Shown: positions 55,621 to 64,000 of the stretch, piece by piece
How the letters are laid out: the number at the start of each line of letters is the position of its first letter
Position numbering within the stretch: the stretch's first letter is position 1
DNA from: Camelus dromedarius
Taxonomy: Eukaryota
DNA length: 64,000 nt
NCBI RefSeq assembly: GCF_036321535.1
Contig: NC_087447.1
Location: 248,001 to 312,000 of the forward strand
Direction: 5' to 3'
Translations under genes and position numbers: made by a program
Notes under the pieces: model-generated
Told to the model about the DNA's origin: nothing
The model's input: only the letters and a program-made list of their open reading frames with translations
The model's database searches: none

Positions 55621-58600
55621 TCCTTTAGCAGTTTAACGTATACCCGAGGAGATACTTTTGCTTGGGAAAAGTGATCCTGAGGCTGCAGAATCCCGCCGGC
55701 TTAATCTTGTCTCTGCAAAGTGTTCGCCCCACCGAGAAGCACGAGGGAGGAATGAGCGCAAAAAGGGCAGCCAGTGAGACGACAGGAAGCCTCAAAGAGC
55801 AGATGGAAGGACCCAGCGAGACTCCAGGGGTGCAGTTCTTCTCTCAAGCTCCTCGTGCTTCCTCCCAGTTGGTGGGCGAAAACCCACCTTTAGCGGGATC
55901 CCCATTCTAACAGGGAGACTTCCGTCCTCTAACAGAGGGAATGCCCGGGGGACCCCGGGACCAGCCTCCTCCCAGCCCCAGCCCCTTTTCCTGGGAGGAC
56001 TTTGCACAGAAGTCACCTCAGAAAGAGTTTTCCTGACCTCCCATCCAAAATTCACTTCTGCCCTCCATGCGTTGCCTTGGAGAGTGCTTGTGCTGCCTGA
56101 GGTTATCTTCTGCTCCCCCAGCGCGTGGCGGGAACAGCTCACTGCGTGCCAGGAGCTCAGGGGGCGTTTGTGGAGTAAAGGTGCTTCTTCTCTTTAGTTG
56201 TCCTTGGCAGGCCAGCTCTTTGACCCCTGCACAGCTAAGTCCTAGACAAGCCTTGGGGTCAGGCTGTCCTCTAGTCGGCCTCCAGGGGCAGCCCCTCCCT
56301 GCCAGGGCCCCTGTTGGAAGACTTCATGATGTTGCTTTAGGCTGAGTTTGGCACTTTTGTGCTTGAAGATCCAGGAACAGCTTGGGACCAACAGGTCCCA
56401 GGCGTGGCTCCTCCACCTGATGGCTTAGTGACCTTGGGCTGCCCTTCACCTGCCTGAGCTTCCCTTTCCTTGTTAGGGAGACAAACCCCATACACTAGAA
56501 AGCCTGCTTCATGGGAGGAGGCCTGTGGCTGTTCTTTGCGGCTCAGTTCATGTCCGGCTGAAGTTGAGTTGTGTAGTGGGCTCCGGGGACAGGGGGAGAG
56601 TCAGTGTGGCTTTGGCCCCCAGGGAGCTCATGGTGCCCAGATGGACGTGTGGTGTCTGGCAGGAATGCCACGCGGTAACAGCTCTGCAGAGTTGTGGGGC
56701 TGCCAAAGGAGGTGTGATCTGGAGGTGAGGAGAGCCTGAACGGTTCAGGGAGGCAGTACGGGGCCAGCGGTGTCCTGGTTGTGTCTGACCCGGGAGAGAC
56801 GGGTTGGGCAGTCCTGTGTCTGCCTGGCTGTGGAGGGAGAGAGAGACAGATGCCCTCCTCAGTGGGGGTGTGGCCCCAGAGCTGGTGGCCCTGCTGGACA
56901 TCCTGTAAGTGGCTCAGGCCTGTCAGCTGCCCTGCCCCGCCCCCTCAGCCCGCAGCCCTGCTGGCGGCCACTGGAGGCAGGTCCTGGTGCGGCGGCCAGG
57001 CTTGCTTCGCTTCTTTCCCGTTCAGTGCAGGTTTCGGGGTGCTGGTTGCTGTTCTAGGGATACACAGAACTAAACGAGCTTAGATTCTGGCGCACACCTG
57101 GACCCCCAAGGGCACGGTGTGTCGTGGTGCTCACAGAATCCCGAGGGCACACCCCTCACCTGGGGCCGTGGAAAGCGTGTGCTGGTTTTTTAGAAGCACA
57201 GACAGGTGACGCTCGGGTCCCTGTAGCTGAGCTTACCGCAGGGAGGGCTGATGGGGGCCAGGAAGGCTTCTGAGGGCGACTGGACTGTCAGTTTCAGGTT
57301 CCTGCTCGGAGGTCTCCCGGGGGGGTGTCTCCGCCCTCCGCCCCCTGCCCCCCGCCCCTGGGTAGAGGTGGGCTGGTGTGTGGGGCTCTTGCCTGCCTGT
57401 GCAGGGGAAGGGGCGTCGCGTTTCCTCAAGGCAGGCAGGTAACCAGATGCCTGCCTGGTGAGAACTGCTTATTTTTCCTGGCAGGGTCTAGCTGCTTACC
57501 TTTTTCTGAGTCTCTAGTCGTTGGCTTGCTGTATTGGGATTTAAAAACTCTTATTTTGTGTTTTAGAGAATCTTAATAATGAATGTTCCAAAAAATTAAT
57601 ATAAAGGCTAAAGTGTATGTATTTGTAGAAATGACTGTGTTCCAAAATTACTCACAATATCTCTTGCCTGGTTGAAAACCTTCTTTTTAGGGTTTTCATT
57701 TTCAAAGAAACTTGGGCTTCTTGGGGGCCAGTGACAGTGGTTGTGGTGGGCCACGTATGAGGACGTGGAGTTTCTTTGTCATTACCAGCCGCAGAGCGTG
57801 GAGTCCAAGGCTGGATTCCCCCAAACCGGGCCTGAGGGAGGGACCAGAGGTGGCATGGACACTGCTCCTCTGCCTGTTGTGGTGTCGTCAGTGGGGACGT
57901 CAGGGGAAGCATCCAAGACCACAGACACAGGAGCTGTGGGCAGACATGGCACCTTGTATGGTCCAACAGGCTTTCAGGATGCTCTTGGGGACTCGATGCC
58001 CCGAACAGGTGCTTCCAAACATTGCCGTCTGTGGGCGGGAGGAAGGTTACCAGGAGCCAGGGACAGCATGGGTGGTGGTGACATTTTGGCAGTGCTCTTG
58101 TCCGCAGGTGTCCGACAGCACGGAGCCTTCGCTGAGCACGCTTAGTGATTCACGGAGCTCTCCTGTCAGCAGCACATCTGCGGTAGCCAGGAGAACGTGT
58201 GGGCGGATTTTAGATGCCCCGGGTTCTGGAAGACGCCTTCCCCAGACATTGTGGCTTGGGCTTTGCCCGCTTCACCCACATCTGGGAAGCATGCCTTGTC
58301 CGCTGATGCCTTTTTGGTTGGCTGGTCTGAAGGCCAGGGGTTGGTGGCCCCAGTTGCCTCTTGCAGGCCTGTGACAGGCTCCGGTCTTGGCCTTTCCTGG
58401 ACGAGTCTCATAGCCACACCTGCTTGTCTTCACTGCGTGGCTCGCAGGCTGTTTTCCCGTGTACTCAGCATAATGGGCTTGCTCGTCTCTAGAGGGGCTG
58501 GAGGCCGGTCGGGTGTGTCCACGCCCCCCCCTTCCCGGCCCTGTCCACAGAGACCCACCACTGCCCCTCTCGTCCTGGGCCTGGATCCTGCGTTCTCTGT

Positions 58601-61600
58601 TAGCCACTCGGCCAGAGGGTGCGTCTGTCTTCCTGGGCTCCATGGCAGTGGAGGTGGAACGAGGCTGAGGCCAGGCCCGGCGCTTGGGAGGGGCCGGGAG
58701 TCTCCCTGCAGGTCTGAGGTCCCTCACGGCGGCTCTGGTGTTGTTGCTGGGTGGGCCCCTTGTGGCACAGTCTGTGTGCTGGTTGGTGTCTGAGATCCTT
58801 ACACTTAACTGTCAGGGCCACCGTTTCATGCCTCGTCTCTGCTCCCGCTCTTCCGTCCCTCCTGCCTTGGTTTAGTTCCGCATTTCACCTGACTACGTTC
58901 CCGGGTCACAGTGACCGTTCCCGAGCTCTCCCTGTCCAGGACTGCCGCTCTGCCATCAGGTCCGTGCGGCTCCCCCCTGCGCTGGCGGCCCCGTGGGACA
59001 GTGTCCATGAGGGTGGCTCCCCCTCTGCCAGGCCTTCCTTCCTGGCTGCCTGGCTTCCTGGTCTGATTTCCCTTCTGTCTGGAGGACTTCCTGCAGCAGC
59101 TCTTTTGGAGCGGTCTGCTGGCCCTGGACTCTGCTTCCTCCTCCATCCACAACTGTTTGGTTCATCTGCGTTCCTGAAGGGTATTTTTGCTGGATGTGGG
59201 ACCCTGGTTTAACGTTTCTCTCAGTGGAGGCCGCTGACCCGCGTGCTCCACCCACCCCTGGCAGGCATGTCTGGAGGCCTGGAGCTGGACGCCCCAGCTC
59301 TGAGCAGTGCTGCGCTGTCACGTTGGGCTGGCCTGGGTTCCACGTCCTGTCCCATCTGTCAGCTGGCCTGCTGTCTGTACCTTCTGGGCAGGTCCAGAAT
59401 CCAGCCACTCCCAGCAGCCCCATCACCTGCACCCCTCCCCCCTTGCCGGGGCCCCTGGGGTTAGCCGCGCTCTGCTGTCGGCCCTGCAGTGGCTCTCGCT
59501 CTGCCGAGGTTCTTCCGAGCCTCCTGCCACGCTGCCCCCCGTTTCTGGGACTGGCTAGGCCCGCCCGCGCTGCTGGCCTGGCCCTGTCCCTGTCCCCAGG
59601 CGTCCACCCTGGGTGAGGGCCTCCCTAGTTCCACGCTCGCCCACTTTGTTTTCCCCACATCCATCCTGTTTCTCTCGCAGTTCAGCTCAGGCAGGCAGGT
59701 TTGGGGTTTGTTGGCACGTGCCAGTACTCTGGACCACTTACTGTCTGTGTCACTTGGGACCTCTCGCCCTGGGTCTTGTCACCTCACAGTGAGGGTTTGT
59801 GAGGTGATGCAGGTGTGCTCGAGCCGTTCCCAGCGGGGTTCAGACCCCAGGCCCCCGCCGCTGAGCTGTGTGACCTTGACACTGCATTTACCAGCTGTGA
59901 CCAACCTCGGGGCCAAGGTGATGAAGAGGCCCATGCGTTGTCACTGTCAACCTTGTGATCCGGATGCCTTTGGCCCCTCATGGGTTCTCAGTGACTCCCG
60001 TTCTCCCTGCTAACATCTGATGTCCCCTGCAGGGAGGAAAGGGTGGGCGGTGTCCTGGGCCCAGGAGCCAGCTGAGCTCGCCAGTTCCCTCTCTTTTTAG
60101 GCTTAGGCAGAGGTTGAGTTTCTGGGTCACCGCGTCCAGGGCACCGTAGGAGTGAAGGTCTGAAATAGGATCTTATGAAGCAGTCTCTGTGTTGTAATTA
60201 TTCCACAGGCCTTTCGGGCAGTGAAATGTTTACAGAGTTCAGCTGAGGTTTTCCTGAGGGTCCCTATGGCCTAGGACTCAAATGTGAATGTATTTATGTT
60301 GAATTGTACTAAAATAGTTAAAATAGAAGTTTTGTTCACTTCTAACAATTTTAAATGCCCAGTATTGTGAAATGTGGTAAAAGAATGCACTGTTTTCTTA
60401 GCTTGGGGCTAATTTATCTAAACATGGCTGTCTTTGTTTTTGTTTCCATAAAGAAAATAAAATTTAATTGAAGGGCAGGAAATAACACCTAAATGGGAGA
60501 TGTTCCTTGTCTTGTGGATGGGGAACTCTTGGTATTATTCGCCTACCAATTCTTCCCGCACTAATTTATAAATTCAGTGCAATTCTAATTAGAATCCTAA
60601 TAGAATCATTTGTGGCCACTGTCGGACTGATGTCAAAAGTTAAAGTGTGAATAAATATGCGAGAATGAAAAGGCTGGGGAGGTAAGAGGGTTGGGCTGCC
60701 AGATGTCAGGTCTTAGGTCTCAGGTCTGCAGCCCCACCCTTGCTTTTTAAAAAATATCACTTGAATTGGGGTAGGATTTCACTGGATGACACACACCCAC
60801 CTGAGTCCACATCCCTTGAGTTACACACCATGCGCACTGCCAGGGGTGGGGGGAACGTCCCGCCGCTGGGAAGCTGCTGTTCCCTGGCCCCCCTTGTGAG
60901 TCATCGCAGACGGCAGGTGTCTTTCAGGGCTGGCTCTGTGGGCGTAGCGTTCACGTCCACACACAGGTCTGAGTGGACACGTCCTCTTTTCCCTTGAGTA
61001 AACGCTCTGGGCTGAGGCGGGGTGATGGGGAAGCCTGTGTGACTGTCAGAGCTGTGAGCTGCTCTAGCCCCTGTGCCGTGTGCAGCCCCCTCCCTCGTGA
61101 CGCCGGAGTGCAGTTGCTCCGTGTCCCTGCCGGCGCTTGAGCCTTCCTGTGCTGCACGCTTGCTTTCACTGTGGCTGGTGAGGCCGCACGTCTGTGTGCC
61201 GTTGGCCATTTGTTTACCTTTTCCTTTGAAGTGTGTGTGCAGTCTTTTGTCCTTTTTTTTTTTTCGAGATTGTTAGTCTGTTGTTGGGTTGTAAGAGTTC
61301 TTTATGTTTCTGGATACAGAGGCCTTTGTCAGACACGTGTACTGTGAATGTCTTCTCACAGTTTGTGGTTTGCTTTTTCATTTCTTTAGTGTATGTTTCA
61401 TGGTGGGAGACAGGGAGCTAACTCTTGGTGGCAGGTCCTCTGCTCGGCTCGATGCTTCTGTGTGTTTGTTCACTTGATCTTCGTGGTGTCCTTCAGGGGC
61501 TGGGGGCATCCTCAGCTAGAAATGGAGGGGTTACAGTGTCTCTCCAAAGACATGCTCTGCTCCTTGGGTGTAGGAACTGGGCCTCTGCCTCCTTTGCAGG

Positions 61601-62292
61601 CAGCTGTTGAAATGGAGAGGGGCCCAGGCGAGGGTGTGACTCAGGCAGTGTGCAGGCTGGTACTTGGCGCTTGTGGGCCCTGTTTCCAGGTGAGGCCCGC
61701 CCACTGGCTGCTGAGAGCCAGCCTCCTTCCTCCCACATCAGGGCTCTGAAAGCTAATACGGAAGGGGCCAGACAGAGGTGAGGAGCCTGCCCTCGCTCCA
61801 GCCACGCAGCCGTCTCTCAGCCAGGTCTCCTGGGTGTTCAGCAGCAGTCTGCCCGCCCGTCTTGCTTGGGGCCTCAGAGCCCCTCTCTGCCTCCTGTCCT
61901 CCACTGTCCTTGCGGTCTCCCATATGTGCTCATTTCATGCACCAGAGGTCGGTCTCAGCCCGGCCTTACTCCGTGAATAGAGCTGTGTTAACCTGCTGCC
62001 TGGTCTCTCCTACAAGAGATGCCAGCTCCAGGCACCTGGGGCGTGCTGGCGTGATGGACAGACTGGACAGGGTGACACAGCACACGCAGAGTGTGTAGCT
62101 CATGGTCAGTGAGCTCCCTCCCCTGGTGGCATGTCATGAGTGTGGGGTGGTGCTTTCTGGACCTGATGTGGCCATGTGCTTGCCTTTCAGGCGGGCCCAC
62201 ACCCTGACGGTGCTTTTCATCCTCACCTGTGTGCTGGGCTACGTGACTCTGCTGGAGGAGACGCCACGGGACACGGCCTACAACACCAAGAG
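55299..62292 (+). CDS. PTDSS2: Phosphatidylserine synthase 2, coding exons 1-2 (gene continues beyond the window)
   Basis: Exon 1 CDS 55299-55480 (GCCATGC; [49 protein letters not shown], donor GTGAGG) and exon 2 62191-62292 ([34 protein letters not shown], donor GTACCG); in frame. Confidence 0.96.
58350..59230 (-). mobile_element. Highly decayed, GC-shifted L1ME-like remnant in PTDSS2 intron 1
   Basis: CATAGCCACACCTGCTTGTCTT and TTCCTGAAGGGTATTTTTGCTGGATGTGGGACCCTGGTT correspond to the antisense L1ME anchors ATAGCCACTCCAGCTTTCTT and TTGAAGGATATTTTCGCTGGATATAGAATTCTGGGTT. Confidence 0.5.
60430..60680 (+). mobile_element. Ancient L1 ORF2 remnant
   Basis: GGAGATGTTCCTTGTCTTGTGGATGGGGAACTC..CAATTCTTCCC..TTATAAATTCAGTGCAATTCTAATTAGAATCC is the decayed IPCSWIGR..ILPKLIYRFNAIPIKIP segment. 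Confidence 0.75.
60745..61395 (-). mobile_element. Ancient L1M 3' region
   Basis: TTGGCCATTTGTTTACCTTTTCCTTTGAAGTGTGTGTGCAGTCTTTTGTCC..GTTGTAAGAGTTCTTTATGTTTCTGGATACAGAGGCCTTTGTCAGA matches the antisense L1 ORF2 3' end. Confidence 0.7.
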
Positions 62293-62451
62293 GTACCGGG
62301 CTGCCGGAGGTTGGGTGGGGTACTCACTCCCTCAGGCTGGCCAGGGGTCTGGGGACCAGCCTCCACTGCATGCCCGGAGCATCCTGCCCGTCCCTGGGGC
62401 CCCACCAGCACATCTCCCATGTGATCTGCAGGTCATGCTGCATTTGCACAT

Positions 62452-63209
62452 GTGAGACCAGAATGTGCTGCGGCAGCTCCCCCGACGGGGTTCAGGTCAG
62501 TTCCCACAGGGACCAGCTTCCCCACACACCCAACACTCAACACTCTAGGCACTGTGAGTGTCCTGCAGGTCAGCCCAGTCTGGACACAGTCCCCCAGACA
62601 GCGCCAGACCCCAGGGTTACGGCCGCAGTCCTGCAGGACAGCCCCACCTCCACCCCCAGGACCCCAGTAGCAAGTCCCGGTTGTCCTGTGCTTCTGACTG
62701 ACTGGCTGTGAGTCAGTTTCCCACCACCCCCTCCTCTTTGATTAATTTGTTAGAGCAGTTTACAGAACTCAGAGAATACGTTACTTACTTACTTTGAAAA
62801 GTTTATCCTAAAAACATGTAACCGAGGAACAGCCAGGTGGGAAGGACGTGTGGGACGAGATGTTGGGAAGGGCCTGGAGCGCCAGCCCCGCCCCCCCACG
62901 CCCCAGGTGGGCCGCTTTCTAGAACCCACTCAGTTCACCAGCCCCATCCTTCTGGATTTTAGAGAGGCCCCTCGCATAGCAGGGTTGATTAGAATCCTTG
63001 GCCGTTGGTGATTGGCCCAGTCTGTGCCCCGCCCCCAGAGGTCTGGGGTGGCACTGAGCTCTGACCCCCCTAATCGTGTGGTTGGTTCTCCTGGCAGCCA
63101 GCTCCCATCCAGAGGACACCTTGAGAACCTCAGCACTCTGGAAATTCCAGCTCTGGCCAGAAACAGATGAAGCCCAAATACATACGTGTTATAAATCACA
63201 GTGTCGCAG
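62452..63209 (-). mobile_element. MER21-type LTR in PTDSS2 intron 2
   Basis: GCAAGTCCCGGTTGTCCTGTGCTTCTGACTGACTGGC..GATTAATTTGTTAGAGCAGTTTACAGAACTCAGAGAA..TTGGCCGTTGGTGATT..TAATCGTGTGGTTGGTTC..TTATAAATCACAGTGTCGCA matches MER21B/C as recalled. Confidence 0.8.
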
Positions 63210-64000
63210 AGACTGAGTTGGGTGGGATGTACGGGTTTTTGTGAGGCCAGGGAAGGTTCCCACCAGCTGGCACCATCCTTCCACACTCTGTCGATACCAA
63301 GGCTCTTGGAAAATTTTAAACTGGCTTTGAGAGTCTGGTGGCCCATCTCGAGCTGGGCAGGAAGAGGGAGGTCTTTCTGTGTTGTCTCCAGAAGTAGATG
63401 AGCTGATGGGGTGCACCCTTCGCCAGAATCCCACGGATTCTGGGGCCAGTCTCAGAGGTGCAGGAGGAAGATTTGCTGGCTTCAGTACTCGTTTCTGTGG
63501 GTTTTCTACACTGGACGGATTTGCTGCTCCCTCAGGTTGCATGAGGCCCCCGTTGCTCTTCCAGTCCCGGGGCCCAGCCCCGCCTGCTCTGGTGGGGCAG
63601 GCGGAGGAGGCCAGGCGTGGACAGAGGCCTGGAGGGGCCAGGAGACTGCTGGTCGGCCAGCCTCGGGTGGTGGGACTGGGCTTGCGCGCCGTCGGCCCCT
63701 GCCGGGCTTGAGGTGAGCACCGTTTGGTACATCCTGCTGGACACCAGGGGGCTCCCACCAGGCTGTGGTGTGGGGTCTCCATGCTGCAGCGGGTGTGTCC
63801 AGGGGAGTCGGCTCAGGCCCCTGAGGACTCCCAGTGACTCACGTCCTGCCCTCACCCATGAGGCGCAGGTGTCCCGCCCGTGCTCCAGCTCCCAGCTCCA
63901 CGCTCGCTGGGGCTTCCTCCTGCCATTGCCTCCGGCTCCCGTCGGCATTGCTGGGTCTTCCTCTTTATTCTCGTCTGCGGGTGAGTCGTGAAGCCTTGCT

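Overview
GC-rich mammalian genomic DNA, probably camelid (two Vic-1-type tRNA-derived SINEs), syntenic with human 11p15.5. It holds three complete multi-exon genes: PKP3 (+, 13 coding exons, 798 aa, plus an alternative upstream first exon 1b), SIGIRR (-, 9 coding exons, 410 aa) and ANO9 (-, 24 coding exons, 748 aa). PTDSS2 appears in two pieces: exons 1-2 on + at the right end, and four intron-containing 3' exons on - at the left end beside a 132-N gap, most simply a mis-oriented contig. Between ANO9 and PTDSS2 lies a decayed 6.4-kb ERV1-class provirus (two LTRs, tRNA-Leu PBS, gag/integrase/env remnants, PPT). It is nested in an old L1, carries its own SINE and L1 insertions, and has an inverted solo LTR of the same family nearby. 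I found no convincing novel biological system. The best leads are the split/inverted PTDSS2, conserved PKP3 exon 1b, an ANO9 terminal intron with divergent conserved residues, and the nested provirus with an open env TM frame. All exon boundaries were read by eye and checked for GT-AG and frame. Human comparisons and repeat subfamily names are from memory, not from database searches.
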